Below are positions 1 to 8,357 of a DNA stretch of 37,974 nucleotides, piece by piece (within the stretch, counting starts at the first letter, position 1; every line of letters starts with the position of its first letter). A program made the translations under genes and the position numbers. The DNA comes from Actinobacteria bacterium ATB1 (GTDB lineage Bacteria; Actinomycetota; Acidimicrobiia; UBA2766), in the NCBI GenBank assembly GCA_021404985.1, contig QWHP01000002.1, forward strand, positions 1 through 37,974, read 5' to 3'. The notes below the pieces were generated by a model. It saw only the letters and a list, made by a program, of their open reading frames with translations. It was not told the origin of the DNA and did no database searches.

Positions 1-70
1 CGGCAAAGGCCGCGCCTCCGCTTCCGACGACGAGTACGTCGGCTTCGAAATCGAAAAGGTCGTCAGACAC
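1..70 (-). CDS. FAD-dependent oxidoreductase, first 23 codons only (gene continues past the left edge)
   Basis: Reverse strand from GTG at 68-70 reads VSDDLFDFEADVLVVGSGGAAFA, a DVLVVGSGGAA dinucleotide-binding N-terminus. Absent from the ORF track because no stop lies in the window. Confidence 0.4.
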   Translation of the reverse strand, partial: MSDDLFDFEADVLVVGSGGAAFA

Positions 71-314
71 GAGCACGCTCCAGTCGTCTCGTCGAGCATG
101 CGATGCGAAGCCCCCGAAGCTCCGGGCGAGATCCTAGCTCGCCTGCCTATGGATAGAAGTAATGGGGTCTCTGCCCTACAGGCGCCGGAACCACCAAAGC
201 CGCGACGGGCCTCGACCACCTCCCGCCGGCCATAGCGTCTGGAATCACCAGCGGCACATCAACAAGACTCATAGCATCGACTCGGCTTTCGAAGTCGGGT
301 ACGCCGTCATCTCC

Positions 315-1133
315 ATGCAGACAGCCCTCTACGTCCTCTTGGCGTTTGCCACGGCTGCGATAGGAACCCTCGGAGGCCTCGGAGGCGCGATCCTCCTCGT
401 ACCCGTCCTCGTGGTGACCGGAACCTCAGCGGCAATCGCGGCTCCCCTCGGCCTCGTGACAGTGGCCGCGGGATCGATCTCCGCTGCGCCACGCCAGCTT
501 TTCGAACGCTCTGTGAACCATCGCATCGGGATCACGACGGAAGTGGTCGCCACGACCGCCGCCGTGACCGGAGCCCTCGTCTCCAACGCAATCGGCGATC
601 GTGTCCTCACGTATGTCCTTGCAGCGACGGCGCTCACCGCCGCCGTCGCCGGGGGCAGGCGTCGACCCACACGGAACCCACCTGATCCCGCTTGCGTGCC
701 GTCCGACGTCGGCGAACGCGTCGGATCCCTGAGCGGTGCCTACCCGGTCGGAGGAGGCATCGCCCCCTACCGAGTCGTGCGCCTGCCCGCAGGCCTCTCC
801 CTGATGGCACTTGCCGGTCTGATCGCGGGCCTCGCCGGCGCGCCCGGGGGCTTCATCAAGACCCCCGCCACAAGTGAGGTCATGCACGTCCCGACGAAGG
901 TCGCGGCGGCAACGACCACGTTCACTGTAGGGATCACGGCATCGGCAGCATTGATCGTCTTCGCCCTGCAGGGAAGAATCGACACGCGGCTCGGATCCGC
1001 CGTCGTGGTAGGGGCTCTCCTCGGTGGGCAGGCGGGGGCCCTCCTCCAGTCCCGCCTTTCTCCCTCCCTGGTGCGCCGAGTTCTTTCGGTTCTCCTCGTT
1101 GCCGTGGCTGTCGTCCTGGTGGTCCAGGCATGA
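315..1133 (+). CDS. TauE/SafE (TSUP, DUF81) family membrane transporter
   Basis: ORF 162-1133. ATG at 315 gives MQTALYVLLAFATAAIGTLGGLGGAILLVPVLV. The second half repeats the motif (GLAGAPGGFIKTPATSEV...AAATTTF). Multiple Gly/Ala-rich TM helices. Stop overlaps the next start (ATGA 1130-1133). Confidence 0.8.
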   Translation: MQTALYVLLAFATAAIGTLGGLGGAILLVPVLVVTGTSAAIAAPLGLVTVAAGSISAAPRQLFERSVNHRIGITTEVVATTAAVTGALVSNAIGDRVLTYVLAATALTAAVAGGRRRPTRNPPDPACVPSDVGERVGSLSGAYPVGGGIAPYRVVRLPAGLSLMALAGLIAGLAGAPGGFIKTPATSEVMHVPTKVAAATTTFTVGITASAALIVFALQGRIDTRLGSAVVVGALLGGQAGALLQSRLSPSLVRRVLSVLLVAVAVVLVVQA

Positions 1134-1438
1134 ACACCGAACGCCGGCCGATCCCGCCTGGGCGTGTGAGCACGATCCGAGGTCACTGGCAACGTCCCGC
1201 CCTCACCGCGGCCACGCTCGGAGCCCTGGTCCTCGCGTTCGCCGGACTGGTGCTCCCCCGTGACGTTGCGGATGCCCTGCAGCGAGCGGCACTGACAGTC
1301 GTGATCGCCACACCGCTGCTGCGCATCGTCTGGCTGTGCGTCCGGTGGACGAACGAGCGTGACTGGCGCTTCCTCGCCGCGGGACTGGCCTTGGTGGCCG
1401 TCGTGGGTGCGGGTGCAGTTGCAGCGATGGGGAGGTAA
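1130..1438 (+). CDS. small 3-TM membrane protein, DUF1634-like by size, topology and position after TauE/SafE
   Basis: 102 codons, translationally coupled to the upstream gene. Three hydrophobic helices (ALTAATLGALVLAFAGLVL, AALTVVIATPLLRIVWLCV, FLAAGLALVAVVGAGAVAAM). Family call rests on context, not a strong motif. Confidence 0.55.
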   Translation: MNTERRPIPPGRVSTIRGHWQRPALTAATLGALVLAFAGLVLPRDVADALQRAALTVVIATPLLRIVWLCVRWTNERDWRFLAAGLALVAVVGAGAVAAMGR

Positions 1439-1444
1439 CCACGC

Positions 1445-3274
1445 GTGGAAACCGAGAGGGACAGCTCACGCATCCGTACCCAGGTCAGCACCGAAGGTGA
1501 GGGCAGAACTCAGATCACCGGAACCGGCAAGGGAAGGAACGTTCCCCTGGAGAGCACGGTCAAGTCGCAGCGCCGACCCTCCGCGATCGTGGACCTCCCC
1601 TCGAAGATCAGTCGCGTCGTCCGCACGAAACGAGGTATGTGGACCCTCCTGGGACTGGCCGTCCTCGTGGCCGCTTTCGCGGCTGCGTACACGGTCGACC
1701 TGGCTGTGCACTCCGGCCAGGTGATGCCCGGTGTCTCCGTCGGAGGGACTGAAGTGGGTGGCCTCAGGTTCGAGACTGCAGGGGGGCGGCTCGAGAGCCG
1801 GGCCGCTCAGGTCAACTCCCGTGCGATCCCAGTACGCGTCGAGAACGCCAACTTCGAGATCGTCCCGAGCGAAGCCGGCATGGGCCTCGACTCTGCCAGA
1901 GCCGTCGACGAGGCGAGGAGCACTGGGAGGCACGGTCTTCCCTGGACGCGTGCCTACGAATGGATGCAGGCCCGGATCTTCGGCCGGAACATCGACTGGG
2001 AGGTGGAAGTCGACGGCAAGACTGCCCGGACGTTCCTGCGGAGCCTCGACTTCCCGGGCCACTCCGATGTGGTGGAGCCGACGGTCGCTTGGGAGGATCT
2101 CGAACCCGTCGTCACGCCACCGGCGGTCGGCAGACAGATCCACGTTGATCGGGCACTCACGTTGCTCCGCGAACGAATCATCGATGCCGGGGACGGCAGC
2201 GGTGAAGGCGGCCGGCTCGAGCTCCCTTCGGGAATCATCAGGCCGCGTTACGACGAGACGGATGCCCAGGCCGCCGCGGAGAAGGCGAAAGCAGAGTGGC
2301 TATCCTCCCCGATCACGGTGACACTGCTCGGTGCCTCGATGGAGCTCACGCCGGAGGATGTCACGGAGTTCCTCGGTTCACGCGCCGACCGGGAGGGGTT
2401 CCGCGTCGTCGTCGACGAGACGGCCTTGGCGGAGAACCTGCCTGATCATCTGCCTGACGGAGTCGGCACTCCTGCGGTCGACGCGAGCTACAGGATCGAG
2501 AACGGAGCCTCGGTGGTCGTGCCGGGAAGCGAGGGGATCGGCTGCTGTGCCAAAGGGAGCGGTGTCGCGCTCGAGCGGGCGCTCTCCGCCACCGATCCGT
2601 CGCGCCGCGTAGTGCAGCTCCGCGAAACCAGGCTCCTGCCTGAGAAGACAGCCGAGGAGCTCGCCGAGTTCGGTCCCCTCACGCGTCTCTCGACCTTCAC
2701 GACCAGGCACCCAGCCGGCGGAGCCAGGGTCGAGAACATCCACAAGCTCGCCGACATCATGCAGGGCGTCGTGCTCATGCCCGGAGAGACGTTCTCGATC
2801 AACGACCACATCGGGCCGCGAACGAAGGCCAAGGGGTGGAAGGTGGCCAAGGTGATCGAGGACGGCGTGTACGCACAGTCCCCCGGCGGCGGGATCAGCC
2901 AGTTCGCCACAACCCTCTACAACGCCGTCTATTGGGCCGGGCTACACGTAGACGAACACACACCTCACAGCATCTACATCTCCCGCTATCCACGGGGAAG
3001 GGAGGCCACCCTCGGATATCCGAAGCCCGACCTGGTGTTCACGAACACCTCGCCCGGCCCCGTCCTGATATGGCCTTCCTACTCCGCTTCTTCGATCACC
3101 GTGGAGCTCTGGGGCCTGAGCGACGGGCGCGTTGTCGAGGCGCTCCCGCAGACGCTCAGCAGGCAGGGTGTCTGCCGCATAGTCAAGGACACCCGGGTCA
3201 TCAGGTGGCCGGACGGCCGCGAAGAGACGGATCGTTACACCACCTACTACCGACCCGAGGGCAGGAGCTGCTGA
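1445..3274 (+). CDS. VanW family protein, membrane-anchored
   Basis: C-terminal FSINDHIGPRTKAKGW...GGGISQFATTLYNAVYWAGL...HSIYISRYPRGREATL matches the VanW domain. Single N-terminal TM (WTLLGLAVLVAAFAAAY). GTG 1445 lies 9 nt after GGGAGG. ATG 1637 is an alternative start. Confidence 0.85.
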   Translation: METERDSSRIRTQVSTEGEGRTQITGTGKGRNVPLESTVKSQRRPSAIVDLPSKISRVVRTKRGMWTLLGLAVLVAAFAAAYTVDLAVHSGQVMPGVSVGGTEVGGLRFETAGGRLESRAAQVNSRAIPVRVENANFEIVPSEAGMGLDSARAVDEARSTGRHGLPWTRAYEWMQARIFGRNIDWEVEVDGKTARTFLRSLDFPGHSDVVEPTVAWEDLEPVVTPPAVGRQIHVDRALTLLRERIIDAGDGSGEGGRLELPSGIIRPRYDETDAQAAAEKAKAEWLSSPITVTLLGASMELTPEDVTEFLGSRADREGFRVVVDETALAENLPDHLPDGVGTPAVDASYRIENGASVVVPGSEGIGCCAKGSGVALERALSATDPSRRVVQLRETRLLPEKTAEELAEFGPLTRLSTFTTRHPAGGARVENIHKLADIMQGVVLMPGETFSINDHIGPRTKAKGWKVAKVIEDGVYAQSPGGGISQFATTLYNAVYWAGLHVDEHTPHSIYISRYPRGREATLGYPKPDLVFTNTSPGPVLIWPSYSASSITVELWGLSDGRVVEALPQTLSRQGVCRIVKDTRVIRWPDGREETDRYTTYYRPEGRSC

Positions 3275-3775
3275 TCACATGACCGGTGACCCGTACATCT
3301 CACCGAGGGGGTCCGAGATCACCTCGATCCGCTCTCCGTCAGGCCCGGAGAAGTACAGGGACGACCCGTCGATGTGGGCATAGGGAACGTCGGTCTCGTC
3401 GAGCTTCGCCTTGAGGTGATGCCATCTGTCGGGCTCGACCGAGATCGCCAGGTGGTGCAGGCCACCGAGCACCTCCTGGTACTTCCCGAGGTCGAGTCCC
3501 GGAAGGTCGAAGAACGCGAGCGTGTTGCCGTTGCCGATGTCGAAGAAGAAGTGGGTGGAGCCCCGGTAGTCCCTGTTCTCGAAGAGCTCGGTCAGGGGGA
3601 ACTCGAGGAACTCCTGATAGAAGCGGATCGTTCGTTCGACGTCTGACGAGATCAGCGCAACGTGATGCACGCCACGCGCAGAGGAGCTCGGGCGGTCTTC
3701 ACGAGGCCTCAGATGCAGGCGCCGCAACTCCTCCCACTCCTCAGCCCTGTCGACGTCGAGTCCATGTGTCGTCAT
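3275..3775 (-). CDS. VOC (glyoxalase/bleomycin-resistance/dioxygenase) family protein
   Basis: From ATG 3775: ...GVHHVALISSDVERTIRFYQEFLEFPL...GGLHHLAISVEPD...GERIEVI, the paired beta-alpha-beta-beta-beta VOC pattern. ATGA overlap (3772-3775) with the upstream gene. The longer 261-aa ORF start is implausible. Confidence 0.85.
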   Translation of the reverse strand: MTTHGLDVDRAEEWEELRRLHLRPREDRPSSSARGVHHVALISSDVERTIRFYQEFLEFPLTELFENRDYRGSTHFFFDIGNGNTLAFFDLPGLDLGKYQEVLGGLHHLAISVEPDRWHHLKAKLDETDVPYAHIDGSSLYFSGPDGERIEVISDPLGEMYGSPVM

Positions 3776-4872
3776 GACCCTCCTTCCGGGAACGTGCCGC
3801 GTCTCGCCACGGGACTTCCAGGAGCGCATCCGGACCATGCCTCGTCGAGCATGGCGAGCACCTCGTCGTGAACCAAGGCTCGTGGATTGTCCGGACTGGA
3901 TTCGACGACCTGCCGCGCGACGGCTTCGAGATCGCGTCGTTGGACCCCGAGCGAGGCGAGGCCAGGCTCCAGCCCGGCATCCCGGGCCAGGTCCCAGAGC
4001 GCCAGAGCAGGATCCGCCGAGCCCAGAGCCCTGCGGAGTGGATCGAGGACGGCACCGCATACGTCGGTGTTGAACGCGACGACGTGAGGCAGCAGCGCGG
4101 CGTTCGCCGCCCCATGGCGGACCGCGAAACGCCCTCCGAGGATGTGGCAGATCCGGTGGTGAAGGCCCATGCCGACTTCGGCCATGGCCAAGCCGGCCAT
4201 CCAGGCGCCGAACATGAGGTTCGCCCGCGCCTCGATGTCACGAGGGTGGCCGATGCAGTCAGGTAATGCCCGTGAGAGCGCCCGTATGCCCCCCTCGCAC
4301 ACGAGGTCGGTCAGCGGGTTCGATGCCTTGGCATACAGGGCCTCGACGCAGTGGGCGAGAGCGTTGAATGCGCTCTGGGCCGTGACCGCAGGCGCGAGGT
4401 CGACGGTGACCTCGGGGTCGTAGATCACGGTCGACGGCTTCACGCAAGGATCCCGGCCGGTGACCTTCTCGCCATCCGTCATGCCCCAGATCTGCGTCAT
4501 CTCAGACCCCGAATAGGTCGTCGGTACGGCGAGGACGGGGATCTTCAGGTCCAGAGCCACCGCTTTGGCCAGACCGGTCGCGGAGCCGCCGCCAACGCTC
4601 ACGATTCCGTCGGCGCCCACCTCCCCTGCCGCAGCGCGGGCGCGCTCCGCCAAGGCGACGGGTACGTGTTCGACGACTTCCCTCCAGCGCAGTGTGGTGA
4701 GGTCTCCGAGGTGGCTTTCCGCCTCGTCTCCGGTGGTCGCGCTGCTCGCACTCGTGATGAGGAGGATCCTCCCCATGCCCAGGGCGACCGCCTCTCCGCG
4801 GACCTCCGGCAGAGTCCCGGCACCGAACACGACTCGGCCACCGACAGACTCGTGCACGAAACGTGCCCGCAT
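3772..4872 (-). CDS. maleylacetate reductase / iron-containing alcohol dehydrogenase family
   Basis: 366 aa. GADGIVSVGGGSATGLAKAVAL, VPTTYSGSEMT, SAFNALAHCVEALY and GLHHRICHILGG are the family's NAD and metal-site regions. Confidence 0.85.
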   Translation of the reverse strand: MRARFVHESVGGRVVFGAGTLPEVRGEAVALGMGRILLITSASSATTGDEAESHLGDLTTLRWREVVEHVPVALAERARAAAGEVGADGIVSVGGGSATGLAKAVALDLKIPVLAVPTTYSGSEMTQIWGMTDGEKVTGRDPCVKPSTVIYDPEVTVDLAPAVTAQSAFNALAHCVEALYAKASNPLTDLVCEGGIRALSRALPDCIGHPRDIEARANLMFGAWMAGLAMAEVGMGLHHRICHILGGRFAVRHGAANAALLPHVVAFNTDVCGAVLDPLRRALGSADPALALWDLARDAGLEPGLASLGVQRRDLEAVARQVVESSPDNPRALVHDEVLAMLDEAWSGCAPGSPVARRGTFPEGGS

Positions 4873-5154
4873 TCAACACCCCCGCGACTCGGGGTCCGTC
4901 AGGCACATGAGGCTGTCGGGAACCACTGTCACGTTCATCGGTCCTCCAAGGTAACGGCTCATGTCTCTGCGCGTCACCCGTTCCGCGAGCCGGCCACGCG
5001 ACTTCCGCCCGCGGCAGCGATGAGAAGACCCAGGCCGATCGACCCCGGGAACACATTTCGGGGGAAGTCGCCAGGGAGGTCGTCGCGGCGTCGAAGATAG
5101 GGACCCAGTCCCCGTCTGCCCCGTCTGCCCCGCCGAGCCCGCCGCCCGCATGAG

Positions 5155-5457
5155 CTATCGCGACGAGGACCCGTAGGAGATCGTGACGACAGCCATGACC
5201 CTCGCTGATGTCGGGCTCATGGCGGGTGCGAGGACCAGGAGCGAGAAGTGAAGCGCGACCATGAGGATGTATGACCAGTACCACTCCCCTTCGGCGTTCC
5301 CGGCGGACAGGAGGATCGCGAGAGTCTGGGCGATCCCCAGGACCGCGGCGACGCGGAGCCAACGGCCAGCGATGTCTCCACGGCGAGTGTGAGCCGGGTC
5401 GAACCCCAGGCATCCGCATGGCCAACCGGCCGGCGGGCCACTAGCGTGGCAAGGCAT
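5155..5457 (-). CDS. hypothetical small 2-TM membrane protein
   Basis: Last 100 codons of the 562-aa ORF, the only part not antisense to the radical SAM gene. G/C-rich third codon positions. Helices WLRVAAVLGIAQTLAILLSAG and WYWSYILMVALHFSLLVLAPAM. Start codon uncertain; ATG 5457 overlaps the divergent ATG 5456. Confidence 0.35.
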   Translation of the reverse strand: MPCHASGPPAGWPCGCLGFDPAHTRRGDIAGRWLRVAAVLGIAQTLAILLSAGNAEGEWYWSYILMVALHFSLLVLAPAMSPTSARVMAVVTISYGSSSR

Positions 5458-5716
5458 GTGTAGGAACATCACGACATTGCGGGGGCTCGAGCCACCGGCC
5501 ACCGAGAAAGAGATCGAAGCAGCCGCCCGGCAGTACGTGCGAAAGGTGAGCGGAGTCCAGAAGGTCAGCGAGCAGACGGAGGCCGCTTTCGAGCGCGCGA
5601 TCCGGATCGTCGCCGGCGCCACGGCCGACCTGCTGACAGAGTTGCCCCCGAGACGGCAGCCTCCCAGGACCCAACCCCCTCTGCGGCGTCTGCAGGCACC
5701 CGCACGCACCGCGTGA
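5456..5716 (+). CDS. DUF2277 family protein (function unknown)
   Basis: MCRNITTLRGLEPPATEKEIEAAARQYVRKVSG...AFERAI matches the conserved MCRNI...EPPAT...QYVRKVSG N-terminus of this family. Stop TGA 5714-5716 overlaps GTG 5713 of the next gene. Confidence 0.75.
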   Translation: MCRNITTLRGLEPPATEKEIEAAARQYVRKVSGVQKVSEQTEAAFERAIRIVAGATADLLTELPPRRQPPRTQPPLRRLQAPARTA

Positions 5717-6990
5717 GCGACGGCGCAGGCACCCGGCAAAGCGACGTGCCGGCGCTGGCACCTTTCCACGTGCTGGCGAAGCCGACCGGGGCGATCTGCA
5801 ACCTGGACTGCGCCTACTGCTTCTACCTCGAGAAGGAGGACCTCTACCCGGACGGCCGGTTCCGCATGGACGATTCGGTGCTCGAGGCCTACATCGGGCA
5901 ACTGCTCGCATCCCAGGCCGGCCCCGAGGCCACGGTCGCCTGGCAGGGTGGTGAGCCGGCGATCATGGGGGTCGACTTCTACCGCCGTGCCGTGCAAATC
6001 GCAGAAGAACTCCGCGCGCCGGACCAGAGAGTCGTGTACACGATCCAGACGAACGGCACCCTCCTCTCCGACGAACTCTGCGAGGTCTTCGCTGAGCACG
6101 ATTTCCTCGTCGGCATCAGTATCGACGGACCTCGCGAGATGCACGATGCCCACCGAGTCGACAAGCGTGGGCAACCGACCTACGACAGGGTGATCGAAGG
6201 CCTGGAGAGGCTCGCGGCTCATCGCGTCGAGTTCAACGTCCTCTGCACGGTGAACTCTGCGAACGAGGACCATCCGCTCGAGGTCTACCGACATTTGCGG
6301 GACGACCTCGGGGCAGAGTTCATCCAGTTCATCCCCGTCGTCGAGCACGACACTGCGACCGGCGAGGGAACGGGACAGCGGGTTTCCGGCCGTTCCGTCG
6401 CTCCGGATGCGTGGGGCCGCTTCCTGATCGACGTGTTCGACACCTGGGTGACGCGGGACGTCGGCAGGGTGTTCGTCAACCATTTCGACGCGGGCCTCGC
6501 ATCGTGGTTGGGTCTGCCTCCGGGGATGTGCATCTTCGCCGAGACGTGCGGAGACGCGCTTGCACTCGAGCACAACGGAGACCTGTACTCCTGCGACCAC
6601 TTCGTCGACGGCAGGCATCGACTCGGGAACATTACCGAGACCTCGCTGCCGGAGCTCGTCGGCTCCGACGCGCAACGCGCCTTCGGGAACGCGAAGAGGG
6701 ACACGCTCCCCTCGTACTGCCGGGAATGCGAGGTGTTCTTCGCATGCCACGGCGAGTGCCCGAAGAACCGCTTCACCACGACCCCCGCCGGCGATCCCGG
6801 GTTGAACTACCTGTGTGCCGGATACAAGGCCTTCTTCGGCCACGTCGACGGTCCGATGCGCCTCATGGCAGACCTCCTACGCCAGGGCAGGCACGCCGAC
6901 GAGGTGATGAAGATCTTCGCAACGGCCGGGCGCAACGAGCCGTGTCCGTGCGGGAGCGGCCGCAAGGCCAAACTCTGCCACGGCCGCTGA
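5713..6990 (+). CDS. anaerobic sulfatase-maturating-enzyme-like radical SAM/SPASM protein with C-terminal SEC-C-type metal-binding tail
   Basis: CNLDCAYCFY (CxxxCxxC). GGEP. Cys-rich auxiliary-cluster region CIFAETCG...YSCDHF...YCRECEVFFACHGECPKN...YLCAGY. Last residues EPCPCGSGRKAKLCHGR. Alternative GTG start at 5746. Confidence 0.9.
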   Translation: MSDGAGTRQSDVPALAPFHVLAKPTGAICNLDCAYCFYLEKEDLYPDGRFRMDDSVLEAYIGQLLASQAGPEATVAWQGGEPAIMGVDFYRRAVQIAEELRAPDQRVVYTIQTNGTLLSDELCEVFAEHDFLVGISIDGPREMHDAHRVDKRGQPTYDRVIEGLERLAAHRVEFNVLCTVNSANEDHPLEVYRHLRDDLGAEFIQFIPVVEHDTATGEGTGQRVSGRSVAPDAWGRFLIDVFDTWVTRDVGRVFVNHFDAGLASWLGLPPGMCIFAETCGDALALEHNGDLYSCDHFVDGRHRLGNITETSLPELVGSDAQRAFGNAKRDTLPSYCRECEVFFACHGECPKNRFTTTPAGDPGLNYLCAGYKAFFGHVDGPMRLMADLLRQGRHADEVMKIFATAGRNEPCPCGSGRKAKLCHGR

Positions 6991-7019
6991 CGTGAGCGCG
7001 ACTCCCACACTGGAGCCGG

Positions 7020-7799
7020 TCACCCGGGGACGGTGGTGCTCGTCACCCAGAGTGCGGCACCGAGAACCACACCGTCGGGACCCGATCGCTCCGCCAGAGC
7101 CGCTTCGACCGCTGCACGTGCCTCCTCGCGCCTGTGGTCCGGGACCGTTTCGAGCACTGCCCTTCCGACCCCGCTTGACGACACGTAGTCCGCGACCTCG
7201 CGAGGAGTTGGCCCGGGACACAATCTGACGTCCTCGGGTCGGGTGTCGCACCGGCCGAAGCCGGCGATAGAGAGCACCGACTGGATCGCGTCCGGATCGG
7301 ACTGGGCGAACATCCCTGTGGTACCAGCCGTGTCCGGGAGAGAGCCGTACGCGAGAAGAGCGGCTCCCGGAACCGAGAGGCATTCGTTCTGGACCAGGGG
7401 GACGCCATGTCACGACGTGCAAACGCCCGCCGGGACGGAGCGCGGAAGCGATGTTCCGGAAGGTTGCAACCGGGTCCGCGAAGAAAATTGTGCCGAACCG
7501 GCTGATCACCACGTCGAACTTGCCCGGCCTGAAGTCCTCGACTTGGGCATCGGCTTGCCGGAACTGCGCGTTGTCGACCCCGCCGGCACCGGCACGCGCG
7601 CGGCGAGCTCGACCGTCGGTTCCGAGGTCCACGCCAAGGACTTCCCCCCGGGGCAACGGCGTCGGCCGCGAGTAGTGACGTCCTCCGCAGCCGCAACCGA
7701 CGCGAGGACGCGCTCTCCCTTCAGCAGTCCCGCAGCCTTCGACAGCACGCTCGCGACGGTTCCATGACGGCGTCCCGCCTGTCTGCGTCGGCCGCCCAC
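7020..7799 (-). pseudogene. class I SAM-dependent methyltransferase, multiply frameshifted
   Basis: Methyltransferase pieces lie in three reverse frames. LLKGERVL is in frame A down to ~7702. VGCGCGG...EVLGVDL...NAQFRQADAQ...FDVVISRFG...LRPGGRLHVVTW is in frame B. PLVQNECLSVPGAALLAY...MFAQSDPDAIQSVLSIAGF...GAALWVTS is in frame C after a run at 7397-7401. Short out-of-frame stretches (TSLLAADAVAPGG, EPTVELAAR) suggest further compensated indels. Confidence 0.65.
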
Positions 7800-7839
7800 C
7801 GCCTACCCACTGCGCAGCCCACGCGCCCTGGCACCGATC

Positions 7840-8097
7840 GTGAGACTCGCGGCATCCGCAGTCTCCCGGCGATTCATGCGGGAATACGAAGCGAGGGCCG
7901 AGAGGGGGCTTCCGGACCCGGATGTGCTGTGCTACTTCGAGGCCATGCACTCGGTCCGCATCCTCCTCGAGATCGAACAGCGCCGCCAAGGTGGAACGGC
8001 CGGCGACCGGGGAGGTCACCCCTGGCTCGTGGTAACGCCCGAGGAGGCGCGGACCCTCGAGAAGTGGAACGGCCGCAAGATCAGCTACTCATCCTGA
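7840..8097 (+). pseudogene. possible C-terminal remnant of a phosphotransferase (APH-like) family gene
   Basis: 85-codon ORF with G/C-rich third positions. SRRFMREYEARAERGLPDPDVLCYFEAMHSVRIL resembles the C-terminal helices of APH-type kinases. No N-terminal kinase region exists upstream. Weak call. Confidence 0.3.
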
Positions 8098-8150
8098 GAA
8101 CAGATCGTGGCTGGGCTTCCTGCGAGACTGCGGCCCCTTCCACATCCCTG

Positions 8151-8357
8151 TCAGGTGCGCGCTGCCTTCTTCTTCGTTCCTGCGCTGCGCCCCTTCGTGG
8201 CAGCCCGCGGTGGTGCCTTGGGCTCGGCCTTGACCTTGGCGGCGTCAGTTCTCCTCATCGAACTCTCGTTGGGATTGCAGTAGGCACACCAAGCCATCTC
8301 GTGTGCCTCGCACTCACGGCCTTCGTCCCAGCCGTCGGGCGTCAGGTTCGTGGTCAT
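8151..8357 (-). CDS. hypothetical 68-aa protein with a Cys-containing head and Lys/Ala/Pro-rich basic tail
   Basis: MTTNLTPDGWDEGRECEAHEMAWCAYCNPNESS...KVKAEPKAPPRAATKGRSAGTKKKAART. ATG 8357 overlaps the helicase stop (ATGA 8354-8357), so it is probably co-translated. Confidence 0.55.
   Translation of the reverse strand: MTTNLTPDGWDEGRECEAHEMAWCAYCNPNESSMRRTDAAKVKAEPKAPPRAATKGRSAGTKKKAART

Noticed and set aside
3272-3277. VanW and VOC genes converge with abutting stops forming TGATCA
   Set aside because: A curiosity of compact gene packing. No hairpin or terminator can be placed, and no functional claim is justified.
5112-5129. Tandem 9-mer CCGTCTGCC x2 in the 282-nt gap upstream of the maleylacetate reductase gene
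   Set aside because: There are only two units with no further structure or partner sequence. It is probably a slippage duplication. The 92-aa ORF covering it (4873-5151) has no protein-like pattern.
5458-6843. Upstream ~460 codons of the 562-aa minus-strand ORF
   Set aside because: It is antisense to the DUF2277 and radical SAM genes. Only the last 100 codons (5155-5457), which lie outside those genes, are kept as a low-confidence membrane protein.
6877-8019. 380-aa minus-strand ORF taken at face value as one protein
   Set aside because: Only its middle matches a methyltransferase. Its N-terminal part is antisense to the kinase-like remnant, and its C-terminal part reads out of frame across the 3' end of the radical SAM gene. 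It is better explained as a frameshifted pseudogene.
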